NCBI GenBank assembly: GCA_031290515.1
Contig: JAITNK010000098.1
Coordinates: 1 to 49,048, forward strand
Direction: 5' to 3'
DNA from: Oscillospiraceae bacterium
GTDB lineage: Bacteria > Bacillota > Clostridia > Oscillospirales > Oscillospiraceae
Length of the DNA stretch: 49,048 bases
The notes beneath the pieces were generated by a model. The model was given only the letters and a program-made list of their open reading frames with translations, ran no database searches and had not been told where the DNA came from. Position 1 is the first letter of the stretch; each line of letters begins with the position of its first letter. Position numbers and translations under genes: made by a program. Below are positions 8,956-17,543 of this stretch, one piece after another.

Positions 8956-11058
8956 ATGACTAACGTAGAACTGCTCACCTCGCGGTTCGCCGCGCTCCCG
9001 CGCATCGGGGAAACGGGACCGCAGTCCGGCTTCAACGGAAAGCGTATGACCGCGCTCGGGCGGCGTACGCGCCTGATTCACGCCGCGCTGTGCGTAATCG
9101 GGCTTGCGCCGTTTGCGCTGTGGCTGCTGTACCTGCTGAAGCTCGTCAGCTTTAAGGTGCCGCCGCAGCTCGTCGCGGTCGGCTTCGGGCTTGTCGTGCC
9201 GGGCGGCGGCTTCATTGCCTGCGGCGAGCCGGTGACGGTCGCAATCGGACTGTTTATCTGCTTCTGGCTCTGGAAAAAGCGCGGAATGATGATTCAGGAC
9301 TTCCTCGGCAGCTTTATGGGAATCGTCGGGTTCTGGGCGCTCGGCGCAGCCGGCGGACTGCTCGCGTTCGGGTGGTACTCGTGGGACTACGCCGCGTTCG
9401 GTCTCGCGCCTTTCGGCTACGCGCCGTGGGGGTACGCCGCCGCGGTCGGAACCGCGTTCGCGCTGTTCGTGCCGTACGAGCTTCAGGTGCGCCGTATGTA
9501 TAAGCAGATGTCGGCGGCGCGCGACGAGCGTCTGCCGCTGTTCGACGACGCGGTTGCGGAGCTTGACGCGGCGACCGGCGACCGCAGCATTGTCGGAGAA
9601 AAGGAATTCCGGCAAAACGGCGGCGGCGTCCGGAGCGGTGATACGGCGAAAGAACCCGGCGCGGACGAACTCGACGACGAGCAGCTGCTCGCCGCGCGGT
9701 ATCTGCTCGAGGCGACCGTGCGCGAGAAGGGCGACTTCGACGGCTTCGAGCATTTGTTCGGACTCGCCGACTACCGCTATCAGCTCTCGGTGTACGGTTA
9801 CGGGCTTATGCTGCTTCACGCGAAGTATCTGCCGAACTTCGAGGGGTACCTCAAAAAAGCGCACAGATTCCTTATCGAGTCGTACTCCGACCCGCGCACC
9901 TGCGGCTACTGGGCGAAGCAGGCGAAAGTCGGATACCTGTCGAACAACCCCGACCCGATTGTCAAAGCAAACGTAATGCTCTCCGGCTGGATGATGCCGG
10001 TCGTCGCCGGATACCGCGACCAGTACGGCGACGACGAGTACGAGAAAGAGGCTTCGATTCGCTTTCAGCCGTTCGCCGACAAACCGGAAGAGACGTACGA
10101 CTACAACTCCGCGGGCGTGTTCGGCGTACTGTACCGGCAGTATAAGAATCACGAATACCCGTATATGCTCATTCCGTGCGAACCGCACGTCGCGTTTCCC
10201 GCCTGCAACTCCGTCGCGCTGCTCGGTATGCTCGTCTACGACCGCGACCACGGCACGGACTACTGCGCCGGCTTCTGGGACGAACTGTACGACAACCTGC
10301 AGTCCGACTTCATCGAAATCGACGGTACTATGGCTCTGCGCCGGCAGTATCAGTACGGACTGCGGCACCTGCCCTCGTCGCAAATCGGCTATATGCCGCT
10401 CGCGGACGTTCAGAACTATATGCACTTTTCCGCGATATTCCCCGGTCTCGCGAGACGGTGCTACGCGCTCGTGCGGAAGACTCTGCTGTCAATCGACGCA
10501 GACGGCGCGGCGCAGGTGAACGGTCAGCCGTGGGATATGATGTTCAATATGTTCACGATGAAACCCGACCCCTCGACGCAGATCGCGATGCTCGAGCTTA
10601 CCGCCGCGGAGTACGGCGACCTTCCGGTGTACGACGCGCTGCGCGTCGCCGAGTCGCGGTTCCTCGCGAAGAGCAAAGACCCGACCTCGTTCAAGTTTAA
10701 GGACGTAAACTCGCTGACAGTCGCCTATATCGCGCTCGCGCGGCTGATTAAAAAAGGCTACTGGTCGGACGTTATTCTGCGCGGTATGCCGGAGACTTCC
10801 AAAACGGGTCCCGTGCTGACCGACTGTCCGTTCCCGGACGTTATTCCTGCGAAAGCGTCGAGTTCCGGAGACGACCTCGACCTCGTGCTCACGACCTCCG
10901 GCGAGCCGGTCGCCGCCGGAATCAGAATCGAACGCCTAAAGCCGGGCGCGCGGTACGCGTACGGCGCGGGCGCGTTCACTGCGGACGCGGACGGGGCGGC
11001 GACGCTTACCGTCGAAGTCGGACGGCGCACCGCGATACATATCGTTCCGGAGGCGTAA
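8956..11058 (+). CDS. 700-aa membrane protein: about 6 N-terminal TM helices plus a soluble domain of about 500 aa of unassigned family
   Basis: Long ORF with ordinary amino-acid composition, unlike the Arg-rich antisense ORF 8833-10425. Hydrophobic N-terminal 190 aa. I have only a weak unverified impression of an alpha/alpha-toroid-type domain. Confidence 0.75.
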   Translation: MTNVELLTSRFAALPRIGETGPQSGFNGKRMTALGRRTRLIHAALCVIGLAPFALWLLYLLKLVSFKVPPQLVAVGFGLVVPGGGFIACGEPVTVAIGLFICFWLWKKRGMMIQDFLGSFMGIVGFWALGAAGGLLAFGWYSWDYAAFGLAPFGYAPWGYAAAVGTAFALFVPYELQVRRMYKQMSAARDERLPLFDDAVAELDAATGDRSIVGEKEFRQNGGGVRSGDTAKEPGADELDDEQLLAARYLLEATVREKGDFDGFEHLFGLADYRYQLSVYGYGLMLLHAKYLPNFEGYLKKAHRFLIESYSDPRTCGYWAKQAKVGYLSNNPDPIVKANVMLSGWMMPVVAGYRDQYGDDEYEKEASIRFQPFADKPEETYDYNSAGVFGVLYRQYKNHEYPYMLIPCEPHVAFPACNSVALLGMLVYDRDHGTDYCAGFWDELYDNLQSDFIEIDGTMALRRQYQYGLRHLPSSQIGYMPLADVQNYMHFSAIFPGLARRCYALVRKTLLSIDADGAAQVNGQPWDMMFNMFTMKPDPSTQIAMLELTAAEYGDLPVYDALRVAESRFLAKSKDPTSFKFKDVNSLTVAYIALARLIKKGYWSDVILRGMPETSKTGPVLTDCPFPDVIPAKASSSGDDLDLVLTTSGEPVAAGIRIERLKPGARYAYGAGAFTADADGAATLTVEVGRRTAIHIVPEA

Positions 11059-11059
11059 G

Positions 11060-11209
11060 ATGCTGTGCTGTATAATCGCGGCGGCGTTTATCGTGCGCTA
11101 CGTCGCGCGGGCGGGTACGCTCAAACGCTATCTCGGCTTCGGAAGCGACCCGGAGCCGGAGCCGTTCGGCTGGGACGAATACTGCGAGCTTGACGAGTTC
11201 GACAGCTGA
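11060..11209 (+). CDS. Unannotated 49-aa peptide: one TM helix plus an acidic tail
   Basis: GGAGG 11049-11053 lies 6 nt before ATG 11060, one nt after the upstream TAA. Product MLCCIIAAAFIVRYVARAGTLKRYLGFGSDPEPEPFGWDEYCELDEFDS. Its TGA overlaps the next ATG (TGATG). Confidence 0.5.
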   Translation: MLCCIIAAAFIVRYVARAGTLKRYLGFGSDPEPEPFGWDEYCELDEFDS

Positions 11210-12192
11210 TGAAACCTCTCCGAATCGCGGTGGTCGCGGCGTTCTTCGCGTCCGTCGCCGTGACCGCGCTGACGTACGTTTTCCGCCAGGTTCACGCGCT
11301 GCACCCCGCGCACATTGCGCTCACGAACGCGACGTTTTTGCTGATTGCCGCGTATCTCGCAAAGAGCGCGAAGCTTGCGTCGCTCGCGGGACTGCGCGAG
11401 CTTCGCGCGAACTTCCCGCCGTATGACGGGACTGCGTACGGGCGCGAGACCGAGCTTCGCCCGAACAGCGTCGCGCAAACCGACTGTGAAATCACGCGCG
11501 GCGAGGTCGTCTCCGACGAGTCACCGCTTTCCGGACGGCGCGCGCGCGTTACAAAAACCGCCGGCGACAGGCTGTACCGCGGCAGTATAATCGTTTCCGG
11601 CGCGGCGGCGGCGCGCGGAACCCGGCAGCGGCGGTACGTCGCGGACGTTATGCCGGAGGGCGGCGCGGTTTTCAACGTCTGCGCAGCGTTTCTGGCGCGC
11701 AGCGGAATTTATGTGCGCGGCGAATACGTTCTGCGAAACATCGCGCCGTCGCGCAAGCTTACGGTGCGGTGCGCCGGCGCGAACCGCGCCGGACTTGCGA
11801 AAACGCGCGAAACGCTTGAGCGTATGGGCGTTACGCTCGCGCTCGAAGAAACCGGTCCGGAGTCCGAAATCGCGACCGGACGGCAGTACCGGCTCTGCGG
11901 ATTCGCGGAGTTTGATTCGTATCACGACGCCGTAATCACGCACGACAAGATTACGCATCTGCTCAAACTCGTCTACGCCGCAAGGGTTTACCGGCGCGCG
12001 CGTGCACCCGTACGGTTCATAACCGTCGCCGCTGCCGGCTTCGCGTTCGGCGCGCTGTGCGGATTTAAGCTGTTCGCGCTCGCCGCGCTGCCGTTCGCGG
12101 TCGCGGGAGCCGTGCAGCTCGCATTGCTGCGCCGGCTTGAAAAGAACCTCGCGCGGCGCGTCACTTTTGAGCTTGTCGCAAACACAAAGTGA
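11209..12192 (+). CDS. Miniaturised P1B-type-ATPase-derived membrane protein lacking all catalytic motifs
   Basis: DESPLSGRRARVTKTAGDRLYRGSIIVSG resembles DES-LTGES-PV-K-GD-V-G of the A-domain. ARSGIYVRGEYVLRNIAPSRKLTVRCAGA resembles GILIKG...V-FDKTGT. LERMGVTLALEETGPESEIA resembles L...GI..VMLTGDN..TA. DAVITHDKITHLLKLVYAARVYRR resembles DIVL..D.L..I..AI.LSR.T. Flanking TM helices are present. Confidence 0.6.
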   Translation: MKPLRIAVVAAFFASVAVTALTYVFRQVHALHPAHIALTNATFLLIAAYLAKSAKLASLAGLRELRANFPPYDGTAYGRETELRPNSVAQTDCEITRGEVVSDESPLSGRRARVTKTAGDRLYRGSIIVSGAAAARGTRQRRYVADVMPEGGAVFNVCAAFLARSGIYVRGEYVLRNIAPSRKLTVRCAGANRAGLAKTRETLERMGVTLALEETGPESEIATGRQYRLCGFAEFDSYHDAVITHDKITHLLKLVYAARVYRRARAPVRFITVAAAGFAFGALCGFKLFALAALPFAVAGAVQLALLRRLEKNLARRVTFELVANTK

Positions 12193-12239
12193 GCGCAACC
12201 GGACTCCCCGCAAAATCGCCGCCCGGCGGCGCAAATACG

Positions 12240-12268
12240 TTGACAAACCTCCGCTAAAGTGGTACAAT
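12240..12268 (+). promoter_or_regulatory. sigma-A-type promoter TTGACA-17-TGgTACAAT (distal)
   Basis: TTGACA 12240-12245 and TACAAT 12263-12268 with a TG at -15/-14. Confidence 0.45.
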
Positions 12269-12410
12269 ATACAAAATTTAGCAAGCGGCAGGCGAAATAA
12301 TGAACTTCCGGCAGTCCCGCATCCCGCGCAGGCGGCGTTCCGCCGCAGCCCGGACGCAGTACGGATTCATCCGTCCGGGCGGCGTCTATTCAAATTATTA
12401 TATAAAACGC

Positions 12411-12439
12411 TTGAAAACCGGAGATGTTTGCGCTATAAT
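12411..12439 (+). promoter_or_regulatory. sigma-A-type promoter TTGAAA-17-TATAAT (proximal) for the hybrid kinase gene
   Basis: TTGAAA 12411-12416 and TATAAT 12434-12439, 56 nt upstream of ATG 12496. Confidence 0.5.
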
Positions 12440-12495
12440 GTTCAAGCAGGCAACGCTTCTTCCGGTCGGATAATTAAGCGGGAGGTTACACGCGA

Positions 12496-15411
12496 ATGTT
12501 CAAAAAATGGAATCTGAAAGCTAAGATATTCGTTTTTGTCACGGTCGTCGTCGTCGTGTCGCAAATCGCCATTACGTCGATGGTCGCCGCGCAGACGGTC
12601 TCGCTCACGAAGCGAGACGCATACGATCTTGCCGAGGTCACAGCCGAAAAATTTAAGAACGAAATCAAGTCGGAGATACAGGGCGCGCGGATTACAGCCG
12701 AGACTCTCTCGACCGTGATGGAGACGCTCAAGGCGAACGGCGTTAACGACCGCGAGCTGATGAACGAGGTTCTCAAAAACGCGCTCGCGTTCAAGGAGTA
12801 CATTACCGCGTTCTGCGTCGCCTACACCGTGGACGGACTCGACGGTATGGACTCGTTTTACGCCGGAGAGCCGGGTTCCATCTACAGTACAGACGGGCGT
12901 TACGCGCCCTACTGGAACAAGTTCGGCGACAGCATTGACGTGGAACCGCTTCAGGAAGCCTATCTCGACGAAGGCGTCACGCTCGACCAAGTTCCCGCGC
13001 TTCAGGAAGCCGGTCTCCCCTACGGTCAGACGCTTGACGAGCAGGACTGGTGGTACGTCCCCGAAGCAAACTGGGAAAACGGCGTCGTCGAATACATTAC
13101 GGAGCCTTACGCGTTTATGCTTCAGGGACAGAACGTCATTCTCGAAAGTCTGATTTTCTCTTTCGGCGACGCGGACGGCAATTTCCTCGGTCTCGTCTCG
13201 TCCGACATTGTGCTTGAGAACTTCCAGGCTATGGTAGAGCGCGTTAACCCGCAGAGTCAGGGCGGCTTTACCGAGATTTTCTCCAACGCCGGTTTCGTAA
13301 TCGCGCACCCGGACAGAGAGTACCTCGGTACGGACATCGAGGACGTGCTGAACGGCAGCGGCGACGCGTCCGCCGCCGCGAGCCTCGGCGACGTGAGAGC
13401 CGCGATTGCCGCCGGCGAATCCTATATTCACAGCGGAACCGACTATTACACCGTCTATATGCCGATCAGCTTCAGCGATGTCACCACGCCGTGGTCTGTC
13501 GCCGTGAGTATTCCTATGTCGGAAGTGCTCGGCAAAGCCGCGTCTATCAGAAACTACATTCTGACGATTTCGGCGATTGCCGCCGTCATAGTGATTGCGG
13601 TGCTGTACTTCATCTCGAGGAATATCACAGCCCCGATACTCGCGCTCGCGGACGCCGCGAAAGTCCTCGGCGACGGCAACTTCGAGGCGGAGATTCCGAG
13701 TACGGACGCGGGCGGCGAAATCGGCGTGCTTGCCCGCGCGGCAAAGTCTATGGCGGAGAAAATCAGCGACCTCGTCACAAAACTGCGTCACAACGCAGAA
13801 GAGCTTGAGGACAAGAACCGCAGTCTCGTCGCGCTCAACCTCGAGCTTGTAGAGGCTAAAGACCGCGCCGAAAGCTCAAACCGCGCAAAGAGCGACTTCC
13901 TGTCTAATATGTCGCACGAAATGCGCACGCCGCTCAACGCAATCATCGGTATGACCGCAATCGGCAAGCGCGCTCCGGATACCGAGAAGAAAGACTATTC
14001 GTTCGGCAAAATCGAGAACGCGTCCGCGCACCTGCTCGGCGTTATCAGCGATATTCTCGATATGTCCAAAATCTAGGCGAACAAGCTCGAACTCTCGCCG
14101 CTTGATTTCAGTCTCGACAAGGTCATTCAAAAGGTCTCCAACGTCATCGGATTCCGGGTCGAGGAGAAGAACGTCGCGTTCCGCGTCTCGGTCGATAAGG
14201 CTATCCCGCAGCGAATCGTCGGGGACGACCAGCGGCTCGCGCAGGTGCTTACGAATCTGCTGTCAAACGCCGTGAAATTCACTCCGGAGGACGGCGAGGT
14301 GTCGCTCGGCGTTACGCTGCTCGCGGAAAACGATTCGCTGTGCCGGCTGCAATTCTCCGTTACCGACAACGGTATCGGAATCAGCGCGGAACAGCAGACG
14401 CGTCTGTTCACGTCGTTCCAGCAGGCGGACAATTCCACCTCGCGGCGGTTCGGCGGCACCGGACTCGGTCTGTCAATCTCCAAGCGCATCGTCGAGCTTA
14501 TGGGCGGCGACATTCGCGTCGAGTCGGAACTCGGACACGGTTCCGTGTTCACCTTTACGATTAACGCGGAGCGCGGCAAAGCCGACCACCCGAGTCTGCT
14601 GAACCCCGGCGTGAACTGGAAAAACGTAAGCATACTCGCGGTGGACGACGACCCGGAGACGCTTGCGTACTTCCGCGAACTTGCGCTGACGCTCGGAATA
14701 AAGCTCGACGCGGCTTCCGATGCGGAAGAGGCGCGCGCGATACTCGACCGCGGCGTTCTGCACGACATTTATTTCCTCGACTATAAAATGCCGGGTATGA
14801 GCGGTCTCGAACTTTGCCGGACGATTAAGGACTCGCGCGCCGACAAAACCGCGGTCGCGATTATCTCCGCCGCCGACTGGAGCTCAATCTCGGAACACGC
14901 GAAAACCGCCGGCGTCGATCGCTTTGTCTCAAAACCGCTGCACTCGTCCGACATTGAGGACTGCATAAACGAATTCCTCGGCAACACCGCTCCGGCGGAG
15001 GAAACCGCTTCGGACGACGAGCCGGACAACTTCAAAGGACACACGATTCTGCTCGCGGAGGACGTTGAGATTAACCGCGAAATCGTCGTCGCGCTGCTTG
15101 AGCCGACGGAGGTTACTGTGGACTGCGCCGAAAACGGCGCGGAAGCCGTCCGCCTGTTTACGGAGAACCCGGAACGCTACGACCTGATTCTTATGGACGT
15201 GCAAATGCCGCAGATGGACGGACTTGAGGCGACGCGCGTCATACGCGCGCTTGACGTTCCGGAGGCGAAAACCGTCCCGATAGTCGCGCTTACGGCGAAC
15301 GTATTCCGCGACGATGTTGAAAAGTGCCGCGAAGCCGGTATGAACAGTCATCTCGGCAAGCCGCTGATTCTCGACGCGCTGCTCGCGGAGCTTCGCAAGT
15401 ACTGCGTGTAG
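12496..15411 (+). pseudogene. Hybrid sensor histidine kinase (TM, dCache, HAMP, HisKA, HATPase_c, 2 x REC) interrupted by one in-frame TAG at 14074-14076
   Basis: Track ORFs 12496-14076 and 14245-15411 are in the same frame. Reading through gives [19 protein letters not shown], where kinases have SKIEAGKLEL. H-box [14 protein letters not shown]-box LLSNAVKFT, G-boxes, and two receiver domains (ILAVDDD..., ILLAEDVEINREI...DLILMDVQMPQMDG). Confidence 0.75.
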
Positions 15412-15422
15412 GGTTGAATTGC

Positions 15423-15466
15423 AAAAAAATACGCGGAGAGCTATGCTCCCCGCGTATTTCGTTTTT
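15423..15466. terminator. Bidirectional terminator
   Basis: A7 run, then a 14-bp stem AATACGCGGAGAGC / GCTCCCCGCGTATT (1 mismatch), then TCGTTTTT. Lies between the convergent stops at 15411 and 15471. Confidence 0.65.
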
Positions 15467-15470
15467 CCGC

Positions 15471-16370
15471 TTACTCCCCAAATACCGGGTAACGCGGCAC
15501 ATCCGCAATCACGGAGAATATGCCGTCTTTGTGCATTTTCTTCCGGTCTTCCACAGACAGCCACTTTCCGGCGTGACGCGTGAAGCAGTAACATTCGAGC
15601 CGGTCGTCTTCTGAAATGCCGTAGAACATACCGACGGACTGCATTTTTGACGTATCCATAACGTCCATTCCCATAAGCCCGGGACCCGCCATTTCGCGCC
15701 AGGTGAAAACGTAAATGTTCTCCGCGACTTTGACGTAGCGCGCCGGTTCCGCGATTGTGAGGAACAGGCTGTCCGCGCCGCCGCCGATTTCGTTCAGGAA
15801 AAACTGCGGGTTGATGTAATGGTGCGTGAGCCACATTCCGCCGACGTCCCACGCGGCGACCTTGCCGACGAAATCGTCGGTAAAACTGTGCCGCTCCGCC
15901 GGCAGCTTGCCGTTCACCTCGAACGCGGCGAACGAGATACTGCCCGAAACGTCGCGCGGCGTGTAGTCGTAGTGACCGATTTGCGCGTCGTTTATCGTCA
16001 CGAGACCGGTGTTGAAGTCCACGCAGTACGCGGACATTTTCGGCGGCGGAGTTGATTTTCCTTTGCCGTTCGTGTGCAGGTGAAAGAAAAACACGATTCC
16101 GGGAGCCGCGTCATACGACTCGTAGTATTCCTCAATCCACACTCCGCGCTGGCTGCGGCGCAGATGATTCTCGTCGATAAACTCGTACTCGACGCCGGAA
16201 TTCCCGAACGTCGTGAATTTGAGCTTTTTCGCGTCGCGGAGCTTCGTCGAAAATTTGCGCGGGAAGTGCAATCCCCCGTCGTAGGGGTTGTTCGCCGGGT
16301 CGTTCACAATGTCGTAAATCTCGCGTCGTGTGAACTGGGTTGCGGGGAGTCGTCTTTCGTGCGGCGGCAT
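15471..16370 (-). CDS. Cytoplasmic protein of uncertain family (possibly MoaF/calycin-like two-domain protein)
   Basis: AAAGGAGGA lies 7 nt before ATG 16370 (MPPHERRL...); the start was trimmed from track start 16445. The family guess is weak. Confidence 0.6.
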   Translation of the reverse strand: MPPHERRLPATQFTRREIYDIVNDPANNPYDGGLHFPRKFSTKLRDAKKLKFTTFGNSGVEYEFIDENHLRRSQRGVWIEEYYESYDAAPGIVFFFHLHTNGKGKSTPPPKMSAYCVDFNTGLVTINDAQIGHYDYTPRDVSGSISFAAFEVNGKLPAERHSFTDDFVGKVAAWDVGGMWLTHHYINPQFFLNEIGGGADSLFLTIAEPARYVKVAENIYVFTWREMAGPGLMGMDVMDTSKMQSVGMFYGISEDDRLECYCFTRHAGKWLSVEDRKKMHKDGIFSVIADVPRYPVFGE

Positions 16371-16391
16371 ATATATTCCTCCTTTTATTTT

Positions 16392-16457
16392 CCGGGCGGC
16401 GAAGCCTCCGTCTCCCGGGTTCCGGCACAACGCCGGGCGTGACACGGCTTTGCCGGA
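16392..16457 (-). repeat. Copy 1 of the conserved GC-rich leader element (sense with the downstream gene)
   Basis: Sense strand reads CCGGCAAAGCCGTGTCACGCCCGGCGTTGTGCCGGAACCCGGGAGACGGAGGCTTCGCCGCCCGG and ends 7 nt before the RBS. Aligns with the copies at 34989-35064 and 41795-41864. Confidence 0.45.
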
Positions 16458-16502
16458 ATGCTTTTCCCTATACCGCGCCGGTAAACAGGTAACGCTCCGC
16501 GG

Positions 16503-17543
16503 TTAACTGTCGCAGTATCCGCAGGCTCCGTCGTCGCCGAACAGCGGCGGGAGATACGGCTCGCGCCGCGTGACGCAGTTCCGGTTATCGCATACCGCCC
16601 CGCCGACCGGCTGCGGCTCCGGCTTCTCTCTCGGCATATGCGACGTCTGCGTGAGCAGAGCCATTCGTATGTACATACCGTACCGCGCCTGGTCGAAGTA
16701 CCGCGCGCGCGGGTCCGCGTCCACCTCCGGCGCGATTTCGTTGACCCGCGGCAGGGGGTGCAGTATAATCAGTTCGCGCTTCGCGGCGGCGAGCCTGTCC
16801 TTTGTGAGAATCAGCTCTTCCGGATACTCGCCGAGTCCGCCCATACGCTCCCTCTGAATCCGCGTCATATAAAGCGTGTCAAGCTCCGGAAGCGTCTCCT
16901 CGAGCGACAGGCATTCGTAAAACGGCGCGCCCTGCGACTTCAGACGGCGCGTGATATACTCCGGCATCGAAAGCTCCGGCGGGGAGATAAACACGAACCG
17001 CACGCCGCCGAATTTCGCGAGCGCGGCGACGAGCGAATGAACTGTGCGTCCGTTTTTCAGGTCGCCGCACAGCCCGATTGTGAAATCGCCGATTTTCCCG
17101 CGTATCTCCGCTATCGTCGTAAGGTCGGTAAGCGTCTGCGTCGGGTGCATATGCCCGCCGTCACCGGCGTTTATGACCGGCACGTCGGAATACAGCGACG
17201 CGGCTTTCGCCGCCCCCTCGACCGGATTGCGTATGACGATAACGTCGGAATACGTCGCCGCCATACGAACCGTGTCCGCGAGCGACTCGCCTTTTGATGC
17301 CGAGGTCGCGTCCGCGTTTTCAAAGCCGAATACTTTGCCGCCGAGTCTTTGCATCGCGGCTTGGAACGAGAATTTGGTCCTCGTGCTCGGCTCAAAGAAA
17401 AGCGACGCCATAAGCCGGTCGCGGCAAGCGTCGCTGTAGTAGTGCGGGTGCGCGATAATCTCGCGGCACAGCGAGTACAAAGAGTCCCACCGCGCCGTGT
17501 CTATGTCGGCAATGCCGATAAGGTGCCTGCCCTCCGGCTTCAT
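16503..17543 (-). CDS. pyrB: Aspartate carbamoyltransferase catalytic chain with a C-terminal PyrI-type zinc-domain extension
   Basis: STRTKFSF, HPTQ and HPLPR motifs. The extra 45 aa end in CDNRNCVTRREPYLPPLF...CGYCDS (C-x4-C ... C-x2-C). Confidence 0.93.
   Translation of the reverse strand: MKPEGRHLIGIADIDTARWDSLYSLCREIIAHPHYYSDACRDRLMASLFFEPSTRTKFSFQAAMQRLGGKVFGFENADATSASKGESLADTVRMAATYSDVIVIRNPVEGAAKAASLYSDVPVINAGDGGHMHPTQTLTDLTTIAEIRGKIGDFTIGLCGDLKNGRTVHSLVAALAKFGGVRFVFISPPELSMPEYITRRLKSQGAPFYECLSLEETLPELDTLYMTRIQRERMGGLGEYPEELILTKDRLAAAKRELIILHPLPRVNEIAPEVDADPRARYFDQARYGMYIRMALLTQTSHMPREKPEPQPVGGAVCDNRNCVTRREPYLPPLFGDDGACGYCDS

Noticed and set aside
8833-10425. 530-aa minus-strand ORF antisense to the 700-aa gene
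   Set aside because: Arg-rich, low-complexity translation with no RBS context. The plus-strand frame has normal composition, TM helices and a coupled operon structure.
12275-12400. tRNA-like or riboswitch identity (GGATTCATCC resembles a T-arm)
   Set aside because: No acceptor or anticodon arms can be drawn, and there is no match to the c-di-GMP, ZTP, guanidine, preQ1 or SAM consensus cores I can recall. Left as an unassigned structured region.
12442-13791. 449-aa minus-strand ORF antisense to the hybrid kinase; likewise 21225-22364, 24029-24958, 29006-30373 (+), 33040-34299 (+) and 27632-28705 (+)
   Set aside because: Each is the mirror frame of a gene with clear family motifs (kinase, ABC exporters, ackA, ftsH, guaA) and shows the same Arg, Gly and Val rich composition.
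14074-14076. Pyrrolysine or other programmed recoding of the in-frame TAG
   Set aside because: TAG terminates at least two other genes in the window. No pyl genes or PYLIS-like context are visible, and the codon is one transversion from the expected GAG.
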